This document shows positions 50,586 to 59,996 of a stretch of DNA of 64,000 bases, one piece after another. Position 1 is the stretch's first letter. Every line of letters starts with the position of its first letter. The notes below the pieces were generated by a model. The model made no database searches, had not been told where the DNA came from, and saw only the letters and a list, made by a program, of their open reading frames with translations. A program made the position numbers and the translations under genes. Origin of the DNA: an uncultured Acidimicrobiia bacterium (lineage in GTDB: Bacteria; Actinomycetota; Acidimicrobiia; Spongiisociales; Spongiisociaceae); assembly GCA_958295745.1 (NCBI GenBank), contig OY282370.1:1295724-1359723 (forward strand). The letters are read 5' to 3'.

Positions 50586-51835
50586 CCGACCCGATCGAAC
50601 CCCACATAGGGCCGCAGCGCCTCGGGCACCGCGAAGGATCCGTCTTCCTGCTGGTGGTTCTCCAACAGGGCGATGAGCAGGCGGCCCACCGCCGCCGCCG
50701 TCCCGTTGAGGGTGTGAACCAACCGGTTGCCGCCCTCCGACCGGAACCGTATCCGCAGCCGGCGGCTCTGAAAATCGGTGGTGTTGGAACACGAGGTGAT
50801 CTCTCGGTAACGCTGCTGCGACGGGATCCAGGCTTCGATGTCGTACTTCTTGGCGGCCGAAGCGCCGAGGTCCCCGGCCGCCACGTTCACAACTCGGTAG
50901 GGGATCTCGAGGCGCCGGACGATCTCCTCTTCGAGGGACAGCAGCATCTCGTGCTCGTCCCAGGACCGCTCCGGACGGCAGAAGGAGAACATCTCCACCT
51001 TGTCGAACTGGTGGACCCTGAATATCCCGGCGGTGTCCTTGCCGTGGGCGCCTGCCTCCCGCCGAAAGCAGGTCGAGAATCCGGCGTAGCGGATCGGCAG
51101 GTCGGCCTCTTCGAGAACCTCTCCGGCGTGGTAGGCGGCCAAGGCGACCTCGGAGGTCCCGATCAGGTAGAGGTCGTCCCCGGCGAGCTCGTACACCTGC
51201 TGATCTTCGTCCGGGAAGAACCCCGTTCCGAACAGGGCCTGCTCACGTACCAACACCGGCGGGACCATCGGGGTGAAGCCCTTATCCGCCAGGAAATCGA
51301 GCACCATGCGCACCAGACCGAGCTCGATGATCACCGCCGGGCCGGTCAGGTATGCGAAACGGGCACCGGACACCTTGGCCGCCCGCTCGATGTCGATCAT
51401 TCCGAGGGCGGCGCCCAGCTCGCGATGGTCTTTCGGGGCGGCGCCGTCCGCCGCGGGCTCGCCCCAGCGCCTGATCTCGAGGCTGTCTTCGTCCGAGAAC
51501 CCTTCCGCCGCCGAAGGATGGGCCAGGTTGGGCACCCGCACCCACATCTCGGTGAAACGCTCGTCCAGCTCGTCGGCCCGGGCAAGCCTGTCCCGGTAAG
51601 CCGAAGCCACCTCCGAGGCCCTGGCTATGGCCTCCTGCTTGGAACCGCCTTCGAGCCGGGATATCTGCCGGCCCAGCCGCCGTTGCTCGGCGCGCATCCC
51701 CTCGGCCTCGGCCCGGACCCGGCGGCGCGCCGCGTCCGTCTCCGCCATCGCACCTACATCGAGATCGAGGCCCCTGCGGGCCAAGGCGGCCTCCAGCAGG
51801 CCGGGGTTCTTCCTGAGAATCGAGATGTCGATCAT
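50582..51835 (-). CDS. serS: Seryl-tRNA synthetase
   Basis: 417 aa with an N-terminal coiled-coil arm and class II motifs (..FRREAGAHGKDTAGIFRVHQF..). Confidence 0.9.
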   Translation of the reverse strand: MIDISILRKNPGLLEAALARRGLDLDVGAMAETDAARRRVRAEAEGMRAEQRRLGRQISRLEGGSKQEAIARASEVASAYRDRLARADELDERFTEMWVRVPNLAHPSAAEGFSDEDSLEIRRWGEPAADGAAPKDHRELGAALGMIDIERAAKVSGARFAYLTGPAVIIELGLVRMVLDFLADKGFTPMVPPVLVREQALFGTGFFPDEDQQVYELAGDDLYLIGTSEVALAAYHAGEVLEEADLPIRYAGFSTCFRREAGAHGKDTAGIFRVHQFDKVEMFSFCRPERSWDEHEMLLSLEEEIVRRLEIPYRVVNVAAGDLGASAAKKYDIEAWIPSQQRYREITSCSNTTDFQSRRLRIRFRSEGGNRLVHTLNGTAAAVGRLLIALLENHQQEDGSFAVPEALRPYVGFDRVG

Positions 51836-51892
51836 CGCCGGGGATGCTACTACCGGGTCGAAGAGGTCAACCCCCGATTCGGCCTGATCTGT

Positions 51893-52867
51893 TCATGGAG
51901 GGTTGATCCTGATCTCGGACTCCCACGAGTTGTCCTCTATGTTCGGATCGTCCTCGACCATGGTCAGGTCGAAGGTGAGGAGATACTCGGCGCCCGGGTC
52001 CACCGGCAAGACCCCGAAGATCACTGAACCGATCTCCCCCGGGGCGAGGTCGAGGGCGTCGCTGTCCTGGGTCGAGAGGGTTTGGCCGGAGGTGGATCGC
52101 AGGCTTGCCGAGACCGTCAGCCCCTTCTGGGCCACGTTGCCCCGGTTGCCGACGACCGCGCTGAACTGCAGACGGTCGGTGGCCGGCAGGATGATCTCGC
52201 CGTCCTGACCCAGCCCGCCGGTAGGCAGCGGCTCGAACACCACCTGCAGGATGCCGATATCCCGCCGGACCCCCATCTGGGTGCTGTTGCGGACCGTCCT
52301 GGCCAGACCTTCGCCGTTCATCAGAGCCGGTTGACGGCTGATGAAGGAAATATCCGGGAACTCGCTGACGGCAACGTCCAGGCCTTCGATCATCGCCCCG
52401 GCCCGGGCGAGGAACCCGGCGTAGATCAGATCGCCTACCCGCAGCTGCACGATGGCGCCGCCGAGCCGCTCCACCGGCGCCGCGCCGGCCGGTTGGTCGG
52501 CCACCTCGATTATGGATGTCCGGAAATCGGCCAGCCCGGCCGCCCACGAATCGAAGGCCAGGTCGAGCATGTCGCGGACGGCCCCGGCCGAATCCGGGGA
52601 TTCGGTCTCCTCCAGCCCTTCCGCATGGAGAGCCATCTGGGAAGCCAGCCGCTCCATCAGCACCTCGAAGTCGTCTCGTCCGATGGTGCGCAGCTCGGCG
52701 CTGACCAGACGGCTGAAACCCCCGGCCACCTGGTCGGCCTCCTGGGTGAGGGCGCGGGCCGAGTCGAAGAAGGCGGTCAGACGTCGGGTCTCGGTCCTCT
52801 GACCGTTGACCAGCAGGGCGGTGACCGCCGCCGCCAGCAGGATCAGCGCCAGCAGCCACCACCACAC
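51893..52867 (-). CDS. Membrane-anchored hypothetical protein (single N-terminal TM helix)
   Basis: Putative GTG at 52867 precedes WWWLLALILLAAAVTALLV. The longer track ORF extends upstream through low-complexity sequence. Confidence 0.35.
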   Translation of the reverse strand: MWWWLLALILLAAAVTALLVNGQRTETRRLTAFFDSARALTQEADQVAGGFSRLVSAELRTIGRDDFEVLMERLASQMALHAEGLEETESPDSAGAVRDMLDLAFDSWAAGLADFRTSIIEVADQPAGAAPVERLGGAIVQLRVGDLIYAGFLARAGAMIEGLDVAVSEFPDISFISRQPALMNGEGLARTVRNSTQMGVRRDIGILQVVFEPLPTGGLGQDGEIILPATDRLQFSAVVGNRGNVAQKGLTVSASLRSTSGQTLSTQDSDALDLAPGEIGSVIFGVLPVDPGAEYLLTFDLTMVEDDPNIEDNSWESEIRINPP

Positions 52868-52944
52868 GGCCCGGCGGCGGCGGGTTCTGTACCCGGACCT
52901 GGGGCGGTAATCGATCGACAAGGCGGCAGCCCTTCTACCCCGGG

Positions 52945-53994
52945 TCAGGCAATCGGGAAGGGGGTCTGGAACCAGGCCGGGACATCGGAGACCTCGACCG
53001 CCTCGACCCACTTGACCCACCAGAAACCGCGTCGTCCGGGCGCCACGATCCGGGCCGGGAACCCGTGGCCGGCGCTGAGCGGAGCGCCGCCCATCTCGAA
53101 GGCCAGCCAGAGCCGGTCGGCGTCCTCCGCCGGGAAACGGCGGCCGTATCCCGTAGCCGAACGAACCGAGACGGAGGCGCCGTCCACCTCTCCGAGGAGG
53201 CGGTCCAGCCTCACCCCCCTCCATTCCTGGGTCGAGTACCAGCCGGATGTGCAGTCGAGAGTGGCCTCCACCGTTTCCAACGGCAGCGCGGCCAGCTCCT
53301 CGGGCCCCAGAAGGCGGCCGCGCACGACCAGCTCCGGCCTCTCGAGGCGGGGTACGGTGTCCAAGAACCATTGGGTGACCGGCATGGCGGCCGGATTCAT
53401 GCTCCCCCGCTCGTGCGACCCCGTGAAGCGGCGTTCGCCGCCCGGCCATCCGAGGCCGCCCACCGCCGTTTCCCAACCCGCCAGGACCAGACCGGCCCCG
53501 GCGGTGAGGGCGCCTGTCCGGATCAGATTGCGCCTCGTCAGGTCGGCGGCCCGCGGGCGGACGGGGTGGCGCTTGTAATGCCAAACCGCCAGGGCCGTCG
53601 CAAGCACCGCCGCTCCAACGTGGATCTGCATCGTCCCGAGCGGGCCGACCCTGGTCACCGCGCCGGTCATCTGCGCCAGGCCCGACCCGATCGTGATCAC
53701 GACCGCCCCCGCCAAGACCAACGACCACACCGCTCCCCTGCGCCGCCGCCGCCAACCGGATCGGGCGATCCGGGACTTCCAGGGCGCGAGCAACAGAAAA
53801 CACATACCGAGGGCGCCGTGGGCGAGGACGGCGGCCCGAGACCACCCGGTCCCCAGACCCTGCGCAACCAGGCCGGAAGCCAGGGCCAAGGTGAGCAGCC
53901 CGATCAGGGCCAGGTTCGTGAAGCGCTTCACGACTCCGCCCCTTTCGAGAAAGGCGTCGAGCAATACACCGGCAGACCGTCGGGCGCTGGACAT
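52945..53994 (-). CDS. Molybdopterin-dependent oxidoreductase (sulfite-oxidase/MsrP-like domain) fused to an N-terminal 4-TM membrane domain
   Basis: Mo-binding domain signatures (..DCTSGWYSTQEWRGV.., ..GFPARIVAPGRRGFWWVKWV..) lie C-terminal to the TM helices. Confidence 0.6.
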   Translation of the reverse strand: MSSARRSAGVLLDAFLERGGVVKRFTNLALIGLLTLALASGLVAQGLGTGWSRAAVLAHGALGMCFLLLAPWKSRIARSGWRRRRRGAVWSLVLAGAVVITIGSGLAQMTGAVTRVGPLGTMQIHVGAAVLATALAVWHYKRHPVRPRAADLTRRNLIRTGALTAGAGLVLAGWETAVGGLGWPGGERRFTGSHERGSMNPAAMPVTQWFLDTVPRLERPELVVRGRLLGPEELAALPLETVEATLDCTSGWYSTQEWRGVRLDRLLGEVDGASVSVRSATGYGRRFPAEDADRLWLAFEMGGAPLSAGHGFPARIVAPGRRGFWWVKWVEAVEVSDVPAWFQTPFPIA

Positions 53995-54031
53995 AATGCC
54001 TGTTCAGCGAGCGGCAGGCCGTCGGCAGTCG

Positions 54032-54247
54032 TCATCGTTCAGCACTCTCCTGATCATCCAGCATCCCGACGGTCTTCTCGATCCGCCGCTGCCTGGTCTC
54101 GGGGCGCTTCGCCTCGTCTATCCACTCCAGGTACTCGCGGCGGTGGCTGGGGGCCAGCCTACGGTACGCGGCCATGGCGGCCGGGCGGGCCTCGAGCACG
54201 GCCTCCAGATCGCCCGGGGACTCTATGGGCGTCGATCCGGTTCCCAT
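54032..54247 (-). CDS. Small YdeI/OmpD-associated-family-like protein
   Basis: ..YLEWIDEAKRPETRQRRIEKTV.. 71 aa. Confidence 0.45.
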   Translation of the reverse strand: MGTGSTPIESPGDLEAVLEARPAAMAAYRRLAPSHRREYLEWIDEAKRPETRQRRIEKTVGMLDDQESAER

Positions 54248-54338
54248 GCCCGCCAGACTACGCGGAACGGGCGCCTATTTTCAGGGCCGGAGCATCTCGA
54301 CGATCCCGGTCCGCAGACCCTGGTACAATGTCCGATCC

Positions 54339-54423
54339 GGGCGAGTGGCGGAATTGGTAGACGCGCTGGGTTCAGGACCCAGTGAGCGGTAAGCTCGTGG
54401 AGGTTCGAGTCCTCTCTCGCCCA
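54339..54423 (+). tRNA. tRNA-Leu (anticodon CAG)
   Basis: Acceptor GGGCGAG/CTCGCCC, anticodon loop TTCAGGA, long variable arm. Confidence 0.9.
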
Positions 54424-54538
54424 CAAGCCGTTTCAGTTGAGTCCACGGTCGTGTGTACGGGGGGTGGGGGTCCTTGTTTGGGCGGCGACCGTACCGGACT
54501 TCTCCTGACCGCCCGGCCTCCGATTCGCGCTACGGGCG

Positions 54539-54898
54539 CTACTTCTTGGTGCGCAACATCCACACGTATAGGACGCCGACCGCCGGGATGGCGGAGAAAA
54601 TGAGGGGCAGCCACCAATCCCCCCTGGCGACGCCCGCGCCTATGAGCACCGCGAGCGCGATATCGACTGCGATGTTGACCAGCAACAGCGTCGCGGCCAG
54701 GTCTTTCAGCCTCTTCGAAACCGGCTTGGGCTTCACCGCAACGACCAAGAGCGCGACCGCGGCAATCGGATGCACGACCACGATCGGGATGCGCTCCCAC
54801 AAGCCGCCGTCGGCGAACAGGCCGCCGAGAAGGCCGATCCCCGCCAACAACAACTGGACTGCGGCCAATATCACGATCAGCCTATGGAAGAATTTCAT
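54539..54898 (-). CDS. Small 4-TM membrane protein (hypothetical)
   Basis: 119 aa, hydrophobic, ends with basic KK. Confidence 0.45.
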   Translation of the reverse strand: MKFFHRLIVILAAVQLLLAGIGLLGGLFADGGLWERIPIVVVHPIAAVALLVVAVKPKPVSKRLKDLAATLLLVNIAVDIALAVLIGAGVARGDWWLPLIFSAIPAVGVLYVWMLRTKK

Positions 54899-55062
54899 GT
54901 CCGAATCCTCCTCGTCTACGGAACATCCTACCCCGTCCCTTCCTGCGAGGGGAGCGCCGGACGGGTAGCGTGGCCTGGGAGGGTGCTGAGCAATACACCG
55001 ACGGCCTGCCGGTCGCCGAGCAGCACCCTTCTCGAAATTCGAAGGCCGGGAAGGGGCTGCCG

Positions 55063-56643
55063 ATGTTCGACGTAGTGGTCCGGGGCGGCCTGTTGGTGGA
55101 CGGAACCGGCGCGGCGGCCCGGCGGGCCGACATCGGCATCGAAGGGGAACAGATCACCGCCATCGGGGACCTGGGCGGCGCCGAATCTCGCCTGGCGCTG
55201 GACGCCGGCGGGCTGGCGGCGGCGCCCGGGTTCATCGACATACACAGCCACTCCGATTTCACCCTGCTGGTCGACCCGAGAGCCCACAGCCAGATACTCC
55301 AGGGAGTCACCACCGAGCTGGTGGGCAACTGCGGCCACGGATGCGCTCCCCTGGGTCCGAGGATCGAGGCCTACACGGGCAACATCTACGGGTATCAGGA
55401 CCTCATCCCGATCGACTGGACCTCCATGGAGGGCTACCTGGCCCGCCTGGAAGAAGCCGGGCCGGCCGTGAACGCCGCCGCCCTGGCGCCGAACGGGAAC
55501 CTCAGGTTGACGGCCATGCCGGACGTCCGGCGGCCCGCCGACAAGGACGAGACCGCCCTGATGGTCCGGCTGCTGGAGGAAAGCCTCGACGCGGGGGCGT
55601 TCGGTTTCTCCACCGGGCTCGAATACCCCGCCGAGCGGGCGGCTTCGGAGGAGGAGATCGTCGAGCTGTGCCGCGCCGCGGCCCGCAAGGGCGGGCTCTA
55701 CGCCACCCACGAGCGCAACCGGGACCTGCTGGCCGTGGAAGCGGTCGAAGAAGGGGTGCGGGCCGCGGAGGCGACCGGGGTGCGGCTGCAGGTGTCGCAC
55801 ATCATCCCTCGGCGGGGCGGGCCGCCGGACTCCCTGGAGCGGAGCATCGAAGCGGTCGAGCGGGCCTGCGCCCGGGGCCTGGACGCGGCGTTCGACGCCC
55901 ACACCCGGCTCCACGGCATCACCAACCTCAGCGCGGTGCTCCCCTCTTGGGCCTCGGCGGACGGCCCGGGGCAGATGAACAGACATTTGAGGGATGCGGC
56001 AACACGGGACCGCCTGAAGCAGTACCGCAGCATCATCTCCTCGTTCGGCCTGGGGGGCTGGGATGGGGTGGCCCTGTTCTGCAGCGAAGGCTCCCCGGAC
56101 AAGGTGGGCCGCAGCATCGCCGAGCTGACGCCGCCGGGCGGGGATCCCTACGACACCATGTACGACCTGCTGCTCGCCGAAGGGGGCGACCCGCACGGGC
56201 CGCTGCTGATATGCCGCTCCTACGACGAAGACATGCTGGCCGACACCTTCCGCCATCCGCTCTGCACCACCGAATCGGACGCCACCGCCCTGTGCCTCGA
56301 CGGCCCGCTGGCCGATACCGCCTTCCTCGGCGCCTACACCTGGGCCGGGTCCTTCTTCCGCACCATGGTCCGCGAGCGGCGTGAGCTGACCCTGGAAGAG
56401 GCGGTCCACAAACTCACCGCCCAGCCGGCCGGCCGGATCGGGCTCGGTGACCGGGGCCGCCTGCTGAAAGGTATGAAAGCGGACGTCGTGGTGTTCGATC
56501 CCGCCGAGTTCTCGGACCGCGGAACCTTGGACGACCCCAACCGGCCGGCGGCGGGAGTGCACCATGTCCTGGTGAACGGCGGGCTCACCGTGGTGGACGG
56601 AAAAGAAACCGGCCGACGCAGCGGCCGGGTGCTGCGCCGCTGA
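55063..56643 (+). CDS. N-acyl-D-amino-acid deacylase (D-aminoacylase) family amidohydrolase
   Basis: MFDVVVRGGLLVDGTG...PGFIDIHSHSDF metal-binding HxH. 526 aa. Confidence 0.75.
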   Translation: MFDVVVRGGLLVDGTGAAARRADIGIEGEQITAIGDLGGAESRLALDAGGLAAAPGFIDIHSHSDFTLLVDPRAHSQILQGVTTELVGNCGHGCAPLGPRIEAYTGNIYGYQDLIPIDWTSMEGYLARLEEAGPAVNAAALAPNGNLRLTAMPDVRRPADKDETALMVRLLEESLDAGAFGFSTGLEYPAERAASEEEIVELCRAAARKGGLYATHERNRDLLAVEAVEEGVRAAEATGVRLQVSHIIPRRGGPPDSLERSIEAVERACARGLDAAFDAHTRLHGITNLSAVLPSWASADGPGQMNRHLRDAATRDRLKQYRSIISSFGLGGWDGVALFCSEGSPDKVGRSIAELTPPGGDPYDTMYDLLLAEGGDPHGPLLICRSYDEDMLADTFRHPLCTTESDATALCLDGPLADTAFLGAYTWAGSFFRTMVRERRELTLEEAVHKLTAQPAGRIGLGDRGRLLKGMKADVVVFDPAEFSDRGTLDDPNRPAAGVHHVLVNGGLTVVDGKETGRRSGRVLRR

Positions 56644-56720
56644 CCGGCCGGCGATGGTCCGGCAGGTAAACTGGTCCCGGCCAGGACAGGCAAACCAGGC
56701 AACGGGAGCAAGGAACAGCA

Positions 56721-56912
56721 ATGGGCAAGAAGCCCAGGAAGATCACCCGAAAACAGAAGCGGTACTTGGAGGACCTGCTGGCAGACGCCGGGAGATCGAC
56801 CAGGAAGATTCGGGATGAGACCGGCCGGAAGCGGAAGGTCAAGAAACTGACCCTTCCCGAAGCATCTAGGGCCATCGACGAATTGAGAGGTTGTCGATGC
56901 CACTCATACTGA
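56721..56912 (+). CDS. Small basic protein, DUF3072-like
   Basis: ..TRKQKRYLEDLLADAG...LTLPEASRAIDELRG. Lower GC than the flanking sequence. Confidence 0.4.
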   Translation: MGKKPRKITRKQKRYLEDLLADAGRSTRKIRDETGRKRKVKKLTLPEASRAIDELRGCRCHSY

Positions 56913-56963
56913 CGCTCCAGTTGTGATATTCGGAGGGTGATCGATCATCATGGGGCGGTTCTC

Positions 56964-58634
56964 ATGAATTGGAGGCAGGGCAGGGGACGGAAGGCCGTGC
57001 TGGGGGTGATGTTGACCGCGGCGCTGGCGGCGGGTTCATGCAGCACCGAAGACCCGGGCGGCGGGGAGATAGTCCTGGCGGTGGAACAGTGGCCCGAGTG
57101 CCTCAACCCCATCACTTCCTGCGCCAACGCCTCCTGGCTGTCATGGGCGGTATTGGTGCATCTGCAGCCGGGGCTGATGGAGTTCGACGCCGACAACTCC
57201 CTGCGGGCTTCCCCGGTGCTGGTGGAAGCCCCCACGACGGACAACGGGGGCGTGACGGTGAACGACGACGGCACCTTCACGGTCACCTACCGACTCGACC
57301 CGGACGCCCGGTGGAGCGACGGGACGCCCATCACCAGCACCGATGTGTGGTTCACATGGAGGGCCACGCTCGACACCCGGGGCTCGCTGCGGACCGTCGG
57401 CTATGACCTGATAACCGGGGTGGACGCCGCCGACCCCCGCACCGCGGTGGTCACCTTCAGCAAACCCTATGCACCGTGGCGTTACATGTTCCAAGGCCTG
57501 CTCCCCGCCCACGCTTTCGACGGGGAGACCGACATAGCCGATCACTGGAACGACTCGATTCCCATCTCCGGCGGGCCGTGGCGCCAGGAGTCTTGGAGTC
57601 AGGACGAGCAGGTCCTCGTACCGAACGAGAACTACTGGGTGACCGAGCGCATACCGTTGGTCGATCGGGTGGTGATGGTGCCCCGTGAGAACACCGAATC
57701 CGAGACGGAGGCGCTGCAGGCCGGAGAGGTGATGGCCGCCCTTCCCCAGCCATTTCCCGGCGCCCGGGAGCGCTTCGGCGGCAACCTGGCCTTGGTCGAT
57801 GGACCCGGCACCTTCATCGAGGGCCTGTGGTTCAACCAGATAGCCCCCGACCGGCGCTTCGAGATCACCGCCAACCTGCGCCGGGCGGTGGCCTACGCCC
57901 TCGACCGGGAGCGGATCGCCGAAGCGGCTCTCGGCTCGATCATCGAAGATCCCCAAGTACTGCAGTGCGCCGGTTGGAACCCGGCCTTCGGCGACTGGTG
58001 CGGCGACGACTTCGCCGGCTACGTGCAGGACATGGCGGCCGTCACCGAGCTGCTGACCGCCGACGGTTGGTCCCGGCCCGACCCCGAAGGCCTGTGGGTC
58101 AACGCGGCGGGCGAGGAGCTGATACTGCAGTGGAACACGGTGGCGGGGAACAAACGCCGTGAGGAGGTTCAGGCGCTGGTGGCGGAGATGACCGAGCCGT
58201 TCGGCATCGGTTGGGAGATGATCAACTACGACCCGAGTGAGCTGTTCCAGCGCCGGCTGCCGGCGATGGACTTCGGTCCGGTGGCGCTGTACGCATCCCC
58301 GACCGAACCGGATCCGTCGGTGACGAGGCTGTACGACATCGACGGCATACCCGGCGAAGCCAACGGGTTCAGCGGCCAGAACCACATGGCCTACGCCAGC
58401 CCCCAAGCCAGCGCTCTGGCCTTCGCCATCGACGACGCGATAGACGAGGCGGCCCGGCTCGAGCTGGCGGCCGAGCTCGGCGCACTGCTGGCCGCCGACG
58501 TACCCTGGATCCCCCTCTACGTACTGCCCAACCTCCTAGTGTGGAACTCCACCGTGCTGGAGGGTCCGGGAGAGTGGGTCTCCAGCGTGTACGGCGGTTT
58601 CTACGACATGTACGACTGGACGGTCATCGGCTGA
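56964..58634 (+). CDS. ABC transporter substrate-binding protein, family 5 (peptide/nickel type), probably lipoprotein
   Basis: Signal peptide ending LAAGSCS and a family-5 SBP fold signature. An alternative GTG start at 56937 lies within GGAGGGTG. Confidence 0.7.
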   Translation: MNWRQGRGRKAVLGVMLTAALAAGSCSTEDPGGGEIVLAVEQWPECLNPITSCANASWLSWAVLVHLQPGLMEFDADNSLRASPVLVEAPTTDNGGVTVNDDGTFTVTYRLDPDARWSDGTPITSTDVWFTWRATLDTRGSLRTVGYDLITGVDAADPRTAVVTFSKPYAPWRYMFQGLLPAHAFDGETDIADHWNDSIPISGGPWRQESWSQDEQVLVPNENYWVTERIPLVDRVVMVPRENTESETEALQAGEVMAALPQPFPGARERFGGNLALVDGPGTFIEGLWFNQIAPDRRFEITANLRRAVAYALDRERIAEAALGSIIEDPQVLQCAGWNPAFGDWCGDDFAGYVQDMAAVTELLTADGWSRPDPEGLWVNAAGEELILQWNTVAGNKRREEVQALVAEMTEPFGIGWEMINYDPSELFQRRLPAMDFGPVALYASPTEPDPSVTRLYDIDGIPGEANGFSGQNHMAYASPQASALAFAIDDAIDEAARLELAAELGALLAADVPWIPLYVLPNLLVWNSTVLEGPGEWVSSVYGGFYDMYDWTVIG

Positions 58635-58787
58635 TCACACCGCCCCCGCCCGTCAACACCTGCCCGCCCCGACCGGGTCCGAGTGAATAGTTTCAATCCA
58701 TAATCCCAGGTCAGAGAGCCGCACGCCCGTACCGCCCCCTCCCCTCCCGTCAACCCCGCAACCGAGCGGGGTAGAATCCCCCGCATC

Positions 58788-59996
58788 ATGAGGCCCCTCG
58801 AGGACATAAGGGTCACAGCCGTCGAACAGTACGGCGCCGGTCCGTTCGCATCCTTCCACTTGGCCGCCTTGGGCGCCGAGGTCATCAAGGTCGAGGACCC
58901 CCGGTTCGGGGGCGACATAGGCCGTTACATACCCCCCTTCCAGGAAGGGGAGGACAGCCTGTTCTTCGAGACCTTCAACCGCAACAAGAAGAGCCTGTCC
59001 CTCGACCTGACCGTTCCCGAGGGCCGGCGCGTGTTCGAAGATCTGGTGGCCGAGAGCGACGCCGTGCTCTCGAACCTGCGGGGGGACGTACCGGCCAAAC
59101 TGCGGCTGCGGTACGAGGACCTGGCGGAGGTCAACCCGAAGATCGTCTGCGTCTCGCTCAGCGGATTCGGAATGACCGGCCCGCTGGCGGACCAGCCGGG
59201 GTACGACTACATCCTGCAGGGCCTGGCCGGATGGATGAGCCTGACAGGAGAACCCGGCGGCCCGCCCACCAAGACCGGAATATCGCTGGTGGACTATTCG
59301 ACCGCGTACGTGGGGGCGCTGGCGCTGCTGGCCGGCGTGCACGCCGCCCGGCGCGACGGGCGGGGCATGGACTGCGACATCAGCCTGTACGACACGGCGG
59401 TGTCGCTCCTCACCTACCCGGCCACCTGGCTCCTCAACCGGGGATGGGAACCCCGCCGGACCACCCGCTCCGCCCATCCGTCCCTGGTGCCCTTCCAGCT
59501 GTTCAAAGGGAGCGACGACCGGTGGTTCGTGGTGGGGTGCCCGAAGGAGAAGTTCTTCCGGCGGGTGGCGGAGACGGTGGGGCGGCCCGAGCTGGCCGAT
59601 CATCCCGACTACCTCACGTTCGCCGACCGGGCAAAACACAGCGAGGCGCTGATCGGGATACTCGACGATCTGTTCGCCGCCCGGACGGCCTCCTACTGGA
59701 TCGACCGGCTGAGGGAGGCCGGCGTTCCGACCGGACCGGTGCAGGACACGGCGGAGGCGCTGGCACACCCGCACACCGCCGCCCGGAAACTGATCGTGGA
59801 GACCCCCCACGATGTGTTCGGACCGGTCCGCGCTCCGGCCAGCCCGGTGCAGGTGGGCGATCCGGACGACCTCTCCTACGAGAGAGCGCCCCGGCGCAAC
59901 GAGCACGCCCGGGAGATACTGGAGGGCCTGTTGGGCTACGACGAGGCCGCCGTCCGGCGTTTCGCGCAACGGGGCGCCTTCGGGGAGGCCGGGTGA
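58788..59996 (+). CDS. CoA-transferase family III (CaiB/BaiF)
   Basis: ..IRVTAVEQYGAGPFASFHLAALGAEVIKVE.. 402 aa. Confidence 0.75.
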   Translation: MRPLEDIRVTAVEQYGAGPFASFHLAALGAEVIKVEDPRFGGDIGRYIPPFQEGEDSLFFETFNRNKKSLSLDLTVPEGRRVFEDLVAESDAVLSNLRGDVPAKLRLRYEDLAEVNPKIVCVSLSGFGMTGPLADQPGYDYILQGLAGWMSLTGEPGGPPTKTGISLVDYSTAYVGALALLAGVHAARRDGRGMDCDISLYDTAVSLLTYPATWLLNRGWEPRRTTRSAHPSLVPFQLFKGSDDRWFVVGCPKEKFFRRVAETVGRPELADHPDYLTFADRAKHSEALIGILDDLFAARTASYWIDRLREAGVPTGPVQDTAEALAHPHTAARKLIVETPHDVFGPVRAPASPVQVGDPDDLSYERAPRRNEHAREILEGLLGYDEAAVRRFAQRGAFGEAG

